Both the position numbers and the translations under genes were made by a program. A stretch of DNA of 64,000 nt, from contig CAVXGR010000011.1 of assembly GCA_963761335.1 (NCBI GenBank), positions 32,001 through 96,000 on the forward strand, read 5' to 3'. Within the stretch, counting starts at the first letter, position 1, and each line of letters starts with the position of its first letter. Shown piece after piece: positions 1 through 10,470 of this stretch. This DNA comes from an uncultured delta proteobacterium. GTDB lineage: Bacteria; Desulfobacterota; Binatia; HRBIN30; BPIQ01. A model generated the notes under the pieces. That model was given only the letters and a program-made list of their open reading frames with translations. It was not told where the DNA came from and searched no databases.

Positions 1-359
1 TATGGCGTCGAGCTGATCTGCTGCCGCGGCGCCAGCGTGGTGTAACTGCCCCCACCCGCCGGCCGCACGCCAATCTCCAGGAAGCGGTTGGCGCCAGGAA
101 AGGCGCTGCCGCCGAAATCGAGCTGGACGGTAAAGACGCCGCCGCTGACCGGCACCGTCGACACCGTCTGCATGGTGCCAATCTGCGTGCCGCCGCTGGC
201 GCCACCGAACAGCGCGAACCGCAAGTCCCAATTCCCATCCGCCGGCTGGCCGGCGTCGGTCAGTTGCCCCTGGTAGGTGAAGGCGGTGGTTTGTTGAGCG
301 AGCGCCGCGCCAGCGCCCAGCCACACGCACAGAAGTATACTCAAGGCATACCTTGCCAT
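1..359 (-). CDS. Secreted protein N-terminus (AFTYQG-type domain seen in tail-fibre/collagen-like surface proteins); runs off the window edge
   Basis: Not in the ORF track. Manual translation gives MARYALSILLCVWLGAGAALAQQTTAFTYQGQLTDAGQPADGNWDLRFALF...FTVQLDFG...RFLEIGVR...YTTLAPRQQISSTP. Signal peptide (ALA|Q) and purine-rich RBS upstream. Confidence 0.8.
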   Translation of the reverse strand, partial: MARYALSILLCVWLGAGAALAQQTTAFTYQGQLTDAGQPADGNWDLRFALFGGASGGTQIGTMQTVSTVPVSGGVFTVQLDFGGSAFPGANRFLEIGVRPAGGGSYTTLAPRQQISSTP

Positions 360-506
360 AGACCGCCTCTTTTCCTTTCCGAATACGCTGTGAGCTATCA
401 TGTTTGTGGATTAATCGGAAAGATCCATCATGAGTATCGGCGCCGCGTAGGGCGGATCCGCGAAGTAGCCAGTACAGGCCGCCATCGAGTCCGAGACGCC
501 TGCGCC

Positions 507-2162
507 TCAGGCTGCCGTGGGTATCGTGTCGCTCTCCTCGCCTCGGACATTTCCCGCGCTCCTTCGAGGGACGGGTGCCGACGCGATCTTCGCCATCAGA
601 TTCTTGCCGAGAATCGCAGAGGCGCTGGTGACGCCCCCCATGAGTGCCCCGGCGATTCCGCAGCTGGAGATATCCTGCCCGGTCAGGTACAGACCCGGAA
701 CGCGCGTGCGCGGCCGCAGCCAGCGCTGCCCGAAGCGCTGCGGTGTGTGGTCGAGGCCGTAGATCTCCCCCGCGGCATAATTGCAGAAGTGACGCGTGGT
801 GAGCGGCGTCGACAGCTCGAAGGTGTCGATCTGGCCCTCCGCCTGCGGCACGTGAGCGTAGAGATGCTCCAGGAGCCGTTGCGTCAGGCGCCGCTTCAAC
901 GCCTCGTACTCGGCGCCCCGCTTCTTCCACGCCGTGCCCTCCCAGCTGGCGAAGCGCTCGTAGGGCATGGCGGTGATGATGTCGATCGTCGCGTGCCCGG
1001 GATGGCGGCGTTCGAAGTCCGGATCCTTCGCCGAAGGGAAAGAGATGTAGACGAACGGCAGATCGTCGCTGCCGCCGCGGCTAGCGGAGAACGTCCGGTC
1101 GTGGTTTTCGTCCGGATAGATCCACAGGTTCGCGCGCGGCAGCTGGAGCACCTTCGCGGTTTTCTTCAGTCCCACGTAGAGGCACGCGTGCGCCATCGAG
1201 GGCGAGACGGTGCGCACCGCTCCCGTCAAGCCGAAGCCGTCGCGTACCTCCTGTGACAGCAAGCGCCCGAACGTGTTCATGGCACCGGCGTCGCTGACGA
1301 TGACCGGGGCGCGGATGATGGCGCCGTCGGCCGCCATGCGAGCTCCGGTAGCGCGGCCATTCTCGACCACGATCTCCGCCACTTCGGCGTTGATCAGCGC
1401 CTTACCTCCGGCGGCGGCGATGATCGGAACGATCGTCTCCGCGATGCGGCCGGCGCCTCCGACCGGATAGAAGCCGCCTTCGAGATAATGGTTCGCCACC
1501 AGCGCGTGAATGGCGAAGCTGCTCTCCCCCGGCGGCAGGCCGTAGTCGCCGCACTGCGCGGTGAGCACTCCGATGAGTCGCTGGTCGCGAGTCAGTGATT
1601 CGAGGACCTCCCGTGTGGTGCGGCGCGCGTAGCGCAGGAACCGCCAGCGCAGCAGGGGTCCGGCAATTGCGGCGAGGGGCGCCGGTATGGCCTTCTCCAT
1701 GAAGAAGGAAGGCGTGCTCGCGACGACGCGCCCGACGAGGTCGAAGTAGCTGTCGATGGCTTTTGCTTCCGAGGGGAACCGTTCCTGCAGAGAGCGCCGG
1801 AAGCGGTCCGCGCCCTTGATGAAGTCGTACTGCTCTTCCCCCAGGATGACGCGGTCGTAGACCTCGCCCATGTCGGCCCATTCCAGGCGACCGTCCGTGA
1901 TCTGGTCGAAGACGCGGCGCAGCATTCGACCCGGCTGCACCTCGCCGATGTAATGAACGCCAACGTCCCATTCGTATCCGGGTCGATGGAAGACATGAGT
2001 GTAGCCGCCGAGCGTGTAGTGGCGTTCCAGAACCAGAGTCCGCTTCCGCCCGTACTTGGCGAGAAGCGCCGCGGCGCCCAGGCCGCCAATCCCGGAGCCG
2101 ACGACGATGGCGTCGTAGGACTCTTCCCGAGAAGCTCGAATGTACGGCTCTGCGATCTTCAT
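507..2162 (-). CDS. FAD-dependent oxidoreductase, phytoene desaturase / retinol saturase family
   Basis: YDAIVVGSGIGG dinucleotide fold, WDVGVHYIG, FPSAKDP, STPLTT and C-terminal GLYLTGQD motifs. Confidence 0.9.
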   Translation of the reverse strand: MKIAEPYIRASREESYDAIVVGSGIGGLGAAALLAKYGRKRTLVLERHYTLGGYTHVFHRPGYEWDVGVHYIGEVQPGRMLRRVFDQITDGRLEWADMGEVYDRVILGEEQYDFIKGADRFRRSLQERFPSEAKAIDSYFDLVGRVVASTPSFFMEKAIPAPLAAIAGPLLRWRFLRYARRTTREVLESLTRDQRLIGVLTAQCGDYGLPPGESSFAIHALVANHYLEGGFYPVGGAGRIAETIVPIIAAAGGKALINAEVAEIVVENGRATGARMAADGAIIRAPVIVSDAGAMNTFGRLLSQEVRDGFGLTGAVRTVSPSMAHACLYVGLKKTAKVLQLPRANLWIYPDENHDRTFSASRGGSDDLPFVYISFPSAKDPDFERRHPGHATIDIITAMPYERFASWEGTAWKKRGAEYEALKRRLTQRLLEHLYAHVPQAEGQIDTFELSTPLTTRHFCNYAAGEIYGLDHTPQRFGQRWLRPRTRVPGLYLTGQDISSCGIAGALMGGVTSASAILGKNLMAKIASAPVPRRSAGNVRGEESDTIPTAA

Positions 2163-2184
2163 CTTCCGTCCCTCTTTCTCTCGA

Positions 2185-2203
2185 CAGTGTACGACGTATA
2201 CTG
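2185..2203. promoter_or_regulatory. Putative TetR operator upstream of the oxidoreductase
   Basis: CAGTGTACG-A-CGTATACTG near-perfect palindrome; same core as 2857-2873. Confidence 0.65.
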
Positions 2204-2234
2204 CACGGCCAGAAAGATTTCGCCTAGCGATCGC

Positions 2235-2852
2235 CTAGCGACGTCCGCCCGCTTTCTTCGCCACCGCCGGCTCCATCGGCCAGCCGAGCCCTGCCACGAG
2301 ATCCGTCACCGAGGCGGCATACAGCTCGCGGAACTCGGCCTCGCCGACTTGCAGCTTGTTGGCCAGGAAGAGAGAGACCAGACCGTGTACGTGCGCCCAG
2401 ACGGACAGAGCCGTGCGCTCCGGATCCTCCGTGCGCAAAAGACCCGCGTCGGCACACTCGCGAATTCGATCGACCAGAAATCGAAAGGTCGCCGCGTCAT
2501 GCCAAAAGAGCTCGGATGCGCCTGACGGGCGCGGCTCCGTAGCCATCATGAACATCACCCGATAATCCTGCCGGTGCTCGAGGGCGAAGTTGAGATACTC
2601 CGCGCCGGAGCGCGCCAGCCGCGCCGCCGGCGACGATTCGCCGAGGGCGCATTGGAGGTACTGCAAGAAGACCCGATGCCCCTCGACCACCAGGGCCTCG
2701 AGCAAGGCCTCCTTCTTGGGGAAGTGGCGGTACAGGGCCATCGCCGTCAAGTCGACCCGCGCCGCCACGGCGCGCATACTGACCCCTTCCCTTCCCGCTT
2801 CGAGAAAGAGCTTCCGCGCCGCCGTGAGGATCCGCTCTCTCGTACCCGTCAT
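2235..2852 (-). CDS. TetR/AcrR family transcriptional regulator
   Basis: MTGTRERILTAARKLF...VSMRAVAARVDLTAMALYRHF HTH; C-terminal WAHVHG (WHG-type). Start moved to ATG 2852. Confidence 0.92.
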   Translation of the reverse strand: MTGTRERILTAARKLFLEAGREGVSMRAVAARVDLTAMALYRHFPKKEALLEALVVEGHRVFLQYLQCALGESSPAARLARSGAEYLNFALEHRQDYRVMFMMATEPRPSGASELFWHDAATFRFLVDRIRECADAGLLRTEDPERTALSVWAHVHGLVSLFLANKLQVGEAEFRELYAASVTDLVAGLGWPMEPAVAKKAGGRR

Positions 2853-2856
2853 GTCA

Positions 2857-2894
2857 TGTATACGCCGTATACAACGCTGAGCGCGGGCAGTCAA
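2857..2894 (-). promoter_or_regulatory. Sigma70-like promoter overlapped by a perfect palindromic operator
   Basis: Minus strand TTGACT-N17-TATACG; palindrome TGTATACG-C-CGTATACA at 2857-2873. Confidence 0.65.
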
Positions 2895-3326
2895 TCCTGG
2901 CTGAGCAGCTTGATGAGACGCCATCGCTTTCGCCTCCCAGGCGAAAGTGCTCGTCACTGCCCTCGTCCCCGAAGCGGCCTTGGCGAACCGCGGCGGCCTG
3001 GGTTCTCGCCGGCGCCGGCGAGCGGCAGGTCTGACGCCCCTGACGAATGTCACCTCCGCTGATGACGGTTGACAGGTGTCCTTGATTTGCGGTCGGTAAG
3101 TCGTCTATCACTGCCCGTGGGGGAACTTGGCAGGAACGCCGAGATCCAGGGGGGAGAAATGGCACGAAGCCCATCGCTGTGCTGACTGGTTCTGGTCTTC
3201 GCCGGGTGCGTCGCAGCCGGCGTCTGACCTGAAGCGACGGGTGAGTTCGTTCAAGCAGCGATCCGCGGACCTGGTGAGCGTCCGCCGCTCCAACATCCGG
3301 CCCAGAGAGGTCGGGGAGGTTTCGTC

Positions 3327-5291
3327 ATGACCAGAAAGACTGATCACAGACCACTCGCTGTCGCGCCAAGGGCAGGCAGGCGCTGGCTGCGCGGCATCTC
3401 CGCGGCCGCCGCCGCCGGACTGATCGTGCTCGGCACCGGTCTGGCGGCTCACGCCGATACGCTGTGGGTCGACGCCGCTGCGGCCTCCGCGGCCCCCGGG
3501 TCGGGCTGCGGCACAGCGGCTGCCTACGCGACGATCAACGCCGCGATCGCGGCCAGTCCCGGGGGGGACACCATTCAGGTCTGTCCGGGCACCTACGTCG
3601 AGAACGTGATCGTGAACAAGCCGGACCTCACGCTGCTGGGCGCGAAGGCCGGCATCCCCGCGGGGCCTGATGCGGTCCCCGCGGGCCGGGGCACCGGTGA
3701 ATCGGTGATCCAGCCGGCATCGGGCATTGGGATCTCGTGCCCACCCCAGGCCGGGTCGAGCTGCATCATCGACGGCTTTACGATCCAGACCACCGGAAAC
3801 GTCAAGGGGATCAACGCCAATCCGAACGCCGCCCCGGTCCTCTACAGGTGGAACAACAACATGATCTACGGCGACCGCAACAACTGCGGCGGCTCCGTCA
3901 GCGGCATGCAGAGCTCCCAGTTTCCCAACGGGGAGGCGCTGAACAACCACATCGAAGGCTTCGGGTGGGGAATCAACATCCAAGCCGGTGGCGGGACGGA
4001 TCCGGGTACCATCCAAGGGAACTACTTCACTGGGCAGGACTGCAACGGCGCCATCATCCTGGGCAACGGGAACGCGCCGGGCTTCGTCATCAGCGACAAC
4101 GTCGTCGAGAGCGAGGCGGGGTCGATGGTTCTTGGCTCCCAAGACCTCCAGATCACCCACAACACGTTCCAGAACAACATGTACTCGCAGATCTATCTCC
4201 ACACGGGCGCCACCGGCGCCATGATCACGGACAACGACCTGCTGAACACCGGGAACGGCTTCGTCCAGACGACCGCCTTCGGCGCCTGGGTCGCAGGCGC
4301 GACGAACGAGCTCCACTACAACAACCTGGTCAACTCCGCGACCTACGGTGCCTACAACAACGTGACGCCTGGAGTGCAGGACGTCGATGCGACCTGCAAC
4401 TGGTGGGGCTCGCCGGCCGGTCCCAACACCACGGGCAGCGGTTCGGATCGGGTGACCGCAGGCGTCGACTACCTTCCGTGGCTCATCGCTCCGGCTCCGG
4501 GCGGTGCCTGCACCGGCGGAACGCTGGCGCCGACCGCGGTGGCAACGGCGATGCCCGACAACGGCGATGCGCCGCTCGCGGTCAGCTTCGACGGTTCGGG
4601 ATCCTCGGATGTGGACGGCACGATCGTGTCCTACGATTGGGACTTCGGTGACCCGGCCTCCGGCGCTGCCAACACCGCCACGGGGGTCACGGCCTCGCAC
4701 ACCTATACGACGGGGGGCACGTACACCGCGACGCTGACCGTCACCGACAATACCAGCCTGACCGGCACGGACCAGGTGACCATCACCGCGTTCTCGGATA
4801 CGGAGATGGTGGTGAGCGTGGCCAGGCTGCAGTACGACAACTCGACGACGCGGGACCGCGGGGTGGTGAAGCTGAAGGCGTTGCTGAACGACAACGACAC
4901 AGCGGGGGATCTGCGCCAGAGCCTTCTGAACGACACGGTGACGGTGCACGTGCAGGATGCGGTGGCGGCGGCGGGGGGACCGGGAGGGTTCGATGTGACG
5001 CTGAACCTGACGGGTTGCCTGGCGAAGGGTCGGACGGGTGCGCGGATTGTGTGCAAGAGCAACGATGGGAACACACGAGCGGCGTTCCGGCCGACCAGGC
5101 AGGGACCGTACATCTACAACGCGAGGATGGTGCGGAAGAACATCGGGGACGCGGAGACGGGCGTGCAGCAGCCGACGGGGCCGGTGCAGGTGACGCTGGA
5201 GCAGGAGGCGATCTCGCGCCGCGACATCATCGGTGACCTCGAGGCGTGTCGCCAGCAGGCCCACACACGGCTGACCTGCATCGAACGCTAG
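3327..5291 (+). CDS. Secreted protein: parallel beta-helix + PKD domain + Cys-containing C-terminal domain
   Basis: Signal peptide (AHA|D); TINAAI...GDTIQVCPGTYVENV beta-helix cap; Asn-ladder repeats; CNWWG; PKD motif FDGSGSSDVDGTIVSYDWDFGD; RBS GGAGG. Confidence 0.85.
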   Translation: MTRKTDHRPLAVAPRAGRRWLRGISAAAAAGLIVLGTGLAAHADTLWVDAAAASAAPGSGCGTAAAYATINAAIAASPGGDTIQVCPGTYVENVIVNKPDLTLLGAKAGIPAGPDAVPAGRGTGESVIQPASGIGISCPPQAGSSCIIDGFTIQTTGNVKGINANPNAAPVLYRWNNNMIYGDRNNCGGSVSGMQSSQFPNGEALNNHIEGFGWGINIQAGGGTDPGTIQGNYFTGQDCNGAIILGNGNAPGFVISDNVVESEAGSMVLGSQDLQITHNTFQNNMYSQIYLHTGATGAMITDNDLLNTGNGFVQTTAFGAWVAGATNELHYNNLVNSATYGAYNNVTPGVQDVDATCNWWGSPAGPNTTGSGSDRVTAGVDYLPWLIAPAPGGACTGGTLAPTAVATAMPDNGDAPLAVSFDGSGSSDVDGTIVSYDWDFGDPASGAANTATGVTASHTYTTGGTYTATLTVTDNTSLTGTDQVTITAFSDTEMVVSVARLQYDNSTTRDRGVVKLKALLNDNDTAGDLRQSLLNDTVTVHVQDAVAAAGGPGGFDVTLNLTGCLAKGRTGARIVCKSNDGNTRAAFRPTRQGPYIYNARMVRKNIGDAETGVQQPTGPVQVTLEQEAISRRDIIGDLEACRQQAHTRLTCIER

Positions 5292-5541
5292 GATCGAGAC
5301 ATCTCCCGCGGGCCCGAGCGCCCGCGGGAGAATGTTTTTCCGCCGCAGGGCGGGGGTGCTGGCCGTCGTGCCCCTCGTTGGCGGCCTCCACCATCGCTAC
5401 GAGCGACGAGTGGCCGCATGAACCGCCGCGAATGTTCTTGGGAGGGACCGCCATTCGCTTGTCGGCTTGCCGGTTGTCGACTTGCGACCCGACAGCCTGG
5501 CTGCCTGTCGCCCTCTCCCGTTTCGTGCTACGCGCGCTGTC

Positions 5542-7443
5542 ATGTGTTCACTGTGGACTCGCGCGCCACTGACCTCGCCGGCGTTTGCGCCGTTGCCGCC
5601 GGGGCGCGTGCGGGCGCGCGGCTGGTTGCTCGAGCAGCTGCGACTTTCGGCGGACGGCCTGACGGGTCGCCTGATGGAGCACTGGGACGATGTCGGCCCG
5701 CAGAGTGGCTGGCTGGGTGGACCGGGGGAGAATTGGGAACGCGGGCCGTACTACGTGCGCGGGCTGGTGGCGCTCGCCCACACCCTCGGCGACCCCGCCC
5801 TGATCGCCCGGGCCCAGCCGTGGATCGAATGGTCCCTGGGCCACCCGCAGAGCGATGGCTTCTTCGGGCCCGCCGACAACGACGACTGGTGGCCGCGCAT
5901 GCCGATGCTCGAGGCGCTGCGCTGGCATCACGAAGCCACCGGCGACGCGCGCGTTCTGCCCCTCATGCAGGGCTACTTCGCGCACCAACGCCGCGCCCTG
6001 CCGGCGCGCCCCCTCGATTCATGGGGGAAGCCGCGCGGCGGCGACAACCTCCACTCGGTGCTGTGGCTCTTCGAGCGCACCGGCGAGGCCGCGCTGCTCG
6101 ATCTCGCCGACCTGCTCCTGGCCCAGACGAGCGATTGGACGGGGGAGTTCACCAGCGGCGAGGCACCGAGTACGGCCTTCGACTTCGCCCACGGCGTCAA
6201 CCGCGCCATGGGTTTCAAGCAGCCGGCGCTGCGCTGGTGGCGCAGCGGCGAGCGCCGCAGCCTCGAAGCCGTACGCGTGGGCTGGGAGCAGACACTGCGC
6301 TGGCATGGGCAGATCCAGGGCACCTATTCCGGCGACGAGTTCCTCCACGGAACGGGGTCGACCCAGGGCACCGAGCTGTGCACCGTGGTCGAGCTGCTCT
6401 CCAGCTTCGAGACCGCTCTGCTCATGAGCGGCGAACCCTGGGTGGCGGACGCCATCGAGCGCCTGGCCTTCAACGCCTTGCCCGCCATGCTCTCGGCCGA
6501 TCACCGCGCGCACCAGTACTTTCAGCTCCCCAACCAGATCGAATGCACCCCGGGAGCGCGTCACTTCAACGTGCCGCACGGCACCGACCTGCTCTTCGGT
6601 CTGCTCAGCGGCTATCCCTGCTGCGCCGCCAACCTGCACATGGGGTGGCCGCGCCTCACCAACCATCTCTGGCTGGCGACGCCGGATGGCGGCCTGGCCG
6701 CCGCCATCCTGGCGCCCTGCGAGGTCGCCGCCGAGGTTGCCGGCAGGCGGCTGACGATCATCGAGGACACCACCTACCCCTTCGGCGAGGAAGTCCACTT
6801 CATCATCCGCTGCGCCGAGCCGATCGAGCTCCCATTGCACCTGCGCCTACCGGCCTGGGCCGAACCGGGCGCCGAGCTGGCCGTGAACGGGGCCATCGAA
6901 AAGGGTGCGGTGCGCCGCAACCCGGGTGCCGAGACGCCGACACCTGGGCGGGATGGTCGCTTCGTGCGCATCCATCGCCGCTGGCGCGACGGCGATACGA
7001 TCGCACTGCGGCTGCCGATGACGGTCCGCTGCTCGCGCTGGGAGCGGGGATCCATCGGCATCGAGCGCGGCCCGCTGGTCTATGCCTTGCGCATCGACGA
7101 GGACTGGCGTCGTGTCGGCGGCAGCGAGCCCTTCTGTGACTACGAAGTGCACCCGAGGACGCCGTGGAACTACGGCCTGCGCCTGGACCCGGACCTGCCT
7201 GAAGCGGCGGTGCGGATCGAGCGCGTGGCGCCGGCGGCACAGCCGTGGGCGCAGGACGGCGCCGGCGTGCGCCTGCAGGTTCCGGCCCAGCGCCTTCCCG
7301 AGTGGCAAGCCGAAGCTGGCGTCAGCGGACCCATCCCAGACGCCGGACTGGCGCCGGCCACGGCGGCGGAGAACGTGACCCTGATCCCGTTCGGCTGCGC
7401 CCGGCTGCGGATTGCGATGTTTCCGCTCGTGGATGGAGGGTAG
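5542..7443 (+). CDS. Glycoside hydrolase family 127 (beta-L-arabinofuranosidase-like)
   Basis: WERGPYY, HGVN, TELCTVVE, YPCCAAN (Zn/Cys nucleophile motif), ERGPLVYAL. Start taken at ATG 5542. Confidence 0.88.
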   Translation: MCSLWTRAPLTSPAFAPLPPGRVRARGWLLEQLRLSADGLTGRLMEHWDDVGPQSGWLGGPGENWERGPYYVRGLVALAHTLGDPALIARAQPWIEWSLGHPQSDGFFGPADNDDWWPRMPMLEALRWHHEATGDARVLPLMQGYFAHQRRALPARPLDSWGKPRGGDNLHSVLWLFERTGEAALLDLADLLLAQTSDWTGEFTSGEAPSTAFDFAHGVNRAMGFKQPALRWWRSGERRSLEAVRVGWEQTLRWHGQIQGTYSGDEFLHGTGSTQGTELCTVVELLSSFETALLMSGEPWVADAIERLAFNALPAMLSADHRAHQYFQLPNQIECTPGARHFNVPHGTDLLFGLLSGYPCCAANLHMGWPRLTNHLWLATPDGGLAAAILAPCEVAAEVAGRRLTIIEDTTYPFGEEVHFIIRCAEPIELPLHLRLPAWAEPGAELAVNGAIEKGAVRRNPGAETPTPGRDGRFVRIHRRWRDGDTIALRLPMTVRCSRWERGSIGIERGPLVYALRIDEDWRRVGGSEPFCDYEVHPRTPWNYGLRLDPDLPEAAVRIERVAPAAQPWAQDGAGVRLQVPAQRLPEWQAEAGVSGPIPDAGLAPATAAENVTLIPFGCARLRIAMFPLVDGG

Positions 7444-7657
7444 CCGAGCGGGAATCGTTCGGCGACGAGTACACGCGGACCGGCGTCCGCTACGCCCGCG
7501 GCCGACCGATAGAAGTCGTCGGCGCTCAGGCGCTCGTGGGAAGCCCGCTGAGGACGACGGCTGCGGCATGAACCCGACCGTTCACGTCCTTTGTCCGTCC
7601 GTGGTTCCGCATCGCGCTGTGTGGTAACCTCCCGCGGCTCCAGGGAGGCCGCTGGGA

Positions 7658-9949
7658 ATGCACATACCGAGATCGTCGAGCTCTCGTCGGGGCGCAGGGA
7701 AGGGCTTTCGCTGGCGCCCGGCCCGGGGTTTCGCCTCCGCCGTCGTCCTGGGGGCGGCGCTCTGCACCGCGCCGCCGACAGCGGTGGCTCAGATCATCGA
7801 AATCATCGATTCCGGCGGCGACGGTGTCGCCGCCCTGGCCGACGCTCGGGGTGTCGCCGTGGATGCGAGCGGCAACGTTTTCGTCACCGGAGCCGTGAGC
7901 GATAATGTGTTCCGACTCGCGCCGGACTTCGGGGTCACGCAGATCATCAGTGCCACCGGCGACGGAACCCATCCCCTCGACAGTCCTCAGGGCGTGGTTG
8001 TGGACGGGGGCGGCAACGTTTTCGTCACCGGAGGCGAGAGCGACAATGTCTTCCGGATCACGCCGGAGGGCATGATCACGCAGATCATCGATGCCATCGG
8101 CGACGGGAGCTATGCCCTCAACAATCCTCAGGCCATAGCCGTCGACGGAGACGGCAACGTCTTCGTGGCAGGCTTCCTCAACGACAATGTCTTCCGGATC
8201 ACGCCGGAGAACGTGATCACGCAGATCATCGGTGCCGCCGGGGACGGGACCCATCCGCTCGATGCGCCGATCGGCCTGGCCGCGGACGGAAGCGGTGACA
8301 TCTTCGTGGCCGGTTTCGACAGCGATAACGTGTTCGAGATCACGCCCGGGGGTGTCATCACGCAAATCATCGGTGCCGCCGGCGACGGGACCCATCCGCT
8401 CGACGGACCGATTGGCTTGGCCGTGAACGCAAGCGGTGACGCCTTCGTGACCGGCGTGACCAGCAACAACGCCTTCAAGGTCGCCGCGGCTGGCACGATC
8501 ACGCAGATCATCGACGCCACCGGCGACGGGACCCACCCGCTCGACCCCGCATGGGGAGTGGCCTTGGACCGGAGCGGCAACGTCTTCGTGGGGGGCCGAC
8601 TCAGCGACAACGTGTTCAAGATCACGCCGGGTGGCGCGATCTCGCAGATCATCGATGCCACCGGCGACGGCGTCGGCGGCACGCTGGATTTCCCGGCTGA
8701 CATGGTCGTGGACGGGAACGACGTGGTGGTCGCCGGTCGCGCCAGCGACAACGCCTTCCGCATCGTGGGCGTTGCGGGTCCCGTCAGCGTGATCATCGAT
8801 GCCAGCGGCGACGGCACCAACCCGCTGGGCGGTGCGAATGGTGTGGCGGTGGACAAAGATCGGAACGTCTTCGTCGGCGGCGAAGGCACCGACAACATTT
8901 TCAAAATCGCGCCCAGGGGGAAGATCACGCGGATCATCGACGCCACCGGCGACGGGACCAATGACTTCGCCGGCCCCGCGGGCCTGGCCGTGGACCGAGA
9001 CGGGAACGTGTTCGTGGCGGGCGCCGACAGCGAGAACGTCTTCAAGATCACGCCGGGCGGAACGATCGCCCAGATCATCGATGCCAGCGGCGACGGGACC
9101 CATCTCCTCGGCAATCCTCAGGGCGTAGCTCTGGACGGAAGCGGCAACGTCTTCGTGGCCGGCCGATTCAGCGACAACGTGTTCCGGATCACGCCGGGGG
9201 GCGCGATCACCGAAATCATCGACGTGAGCGGCGACGGCGCCGGACACGCCCTCTCGGGTGCTGAGGGCCTGGTCGTTGATAAAATGGGGAGCGTCTTCGT
9301 GACGGGCCGGGACAGCGACAACGCGTTCATGATCACGCCGGAGGGCACGATCTCGCAGATCATCGACGCGAGCGGCGACGGCACCGCCGCGCTGGATCTT
9401 CCGAGAGGTGTGGCCGTCGATGCGAATGACAACGTCTATGTGTCCGGTGGAAACAGCAACAACGTTTTCAAGATCGCGGTCAAGGTCGGGCCGCACCTGG
9501 CGGACCTCGCGATCACCGAGATCATCGATGCCGGCGGCAACGGCGTCGGCGACGTCCTCGACGGCGCCCTGGGCTTGGCCGTGGACGGCGGCGGCAGCGT
9601 TTTCGTCGCGGGACAGCTCAGCAACAATGTCTTCCAGATCCGGCCGGACGGATCGATCGCGGTGCTCATCGATGCCCTCGACCGCCCGCTCGCCAGCCCG
9701 GCATTCGTCGCCGTGGACGGGGCGGATGTCCTCGTCACGGGTCTGAGCAGCAACAATGCCTTCCGGATCGCGGGCGTCGCAGAAGCGTTCGCGCGCGGGG
9801 ACGTCAACCGCGACGGCCTGGTGGACGAGCAGGATCTGCCGGCCCTGGTCGGAGAGATCTTCCGGCCCGAGCCTGTGTCCGCGGCGGACGTCAACAGGGA
9901 TACGGGAGTGGGTGCGGCCGACCTGACCGTGCTCGTGGGCCTTCTGTAG
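7658..9949 (+). CDS. Secreted NHL-like repeat beta-propeller protein with C-terminal dockerin-like domain
   Basis: 14 repeats of about 47 aa (ITQIIDAxGDGTHPLxxPxGxAVDxxGNVFVxGxxSDNVFxITPxG); C-terminal GDVNRDGLVDEQDL...ADVNRDTGVGAADL. Confidence 0.88.
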   Translation: MHIPRSSSSRRGAGKGFRWRPARGFASAVVLGAALCTAPPTAVAQIIEIIDSGGDGVAALADARGVAVDASGNVFVTGAVSDNVFRLAPDFGVTQIISATGDGTHPLDSPQGVVVDGGGNVFVTGGESDNVFRITPEGMITQIIDAIGDGSYALNNPQAIAVDGDGNVFVAGFLNDNVFRITPENVITQIIGAAGDGTHPLDAPIGLAADGSGDIFVAGFDSDNVFEITPGGVITQIIGAAGDGTHPLDGPIGLAVNASGDAFVTGVTSNNAFKVAAAGTITQIIDATGDGTHPLDPAWGVALDRSGNVFVGGRLSDNVFKITPGGAISQIIDATGDGVGGTLDFPADMVVDGNDVVVAGRASDNAFRIVGVAGPVSVIIDASGDGTNPLGGANGVAVDKDRNVFVGGEGTDNIFKIAPRGKITRIIDATGDGTNDFAGPAGLAVDRDGNVFVAGADSENVFKITPGGTIAQIIDASGDGTHLLGNPQGVALDGSGNVFVAGRFSDNVFRITPGGAITEIIDVSGDGAGHALSGAEGLVVDKMGSVFVTGRDSDNAFMITPEGTISQIIDASGDGTAALDLPRGVAVDANDNVYVSGGNSNNVFKIAVKVGPHLADLAITEIIDAGGNGVGDVLDGALGLAVDGGGSVFVAGQLSNNVFQIRPDGSIAVLIDALDRPLASPAFVAVDGADVLVTGLSSNNAFRIAGVAEAFARGDVNRDGLVDEQDLPALVGEIFRPEPVSAADVNRDTGVGAADLTVLVGLL

Positions 9950-10470
9950 GTTGATCTCGGGCTGAAGAAACGCACGAAGTTCGAGATGGATCGGTATACG
10001 CGCCTGCGCCTCGCCAAAACTCCATCCGCCGCGGTTACTCCCCTTGCCATCGCCGACGTGCGTTCGCATCCTGCCGGAATGCTTCTGCGGGCTGCTCGAT
10101 CACGCGATCGAGCAGCTCGCGCGGGCAGGTGCCGATCGAGCGCTCTGCGACGCCGTTCTGTCGCGCGGGCAGCTGGCGTCGCCATGGGCGCGTCGCATCG
10201 AGCGGGCCAGCACAATTCACGCTGCTTTGATTCGGCGGCACCTCGGTCGGCCTTGTGGCCCATCTGCCGCATCATTCTTCGCCCGATGGCGCCAGTGGCC
10301 GGCCCAAGGCGACTTGGATCAGCGCCACGCGTAGGCTCAGCTCCGTGAGAACAGGCAGACGATGCAATACACCCACGTCGGAAGCACCGTCGCCCAATAG
10401 TGCGCAGGACTACTACGACGATGTTTCCGGTAAGATTCGGCGCCGGCCTCGATCTTGTCAGGCCGATCCG

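Noticed and set aside
3100..3326. Riboswitch in the long leader of the PKD protein gene
   Set aside because: No riboswitch consensus recognisable by eye; an Rfam search would be needed
3108..5264. Long antisense and alternate-frame ORFs (also 7526-10069, 15550-18522, 28278-30539, 39534-41927, 52120-54711)
   Set aside because: Shadow ORFs of GC-rich genes; no motifs, and they lie opposite well-supported CDSs
7790..9780. Regular 141-bp periodicity as a CRISPR or non-coding array
   Set aside because: In-frame protein repeats with synonymous variation; no spacers or cas genes
9950..10470. Short ORFs or a possible gene remnant between the propeller and glycosyltransferase genes
   Set aside because: No family motif, RBS or consistent frame could be supported
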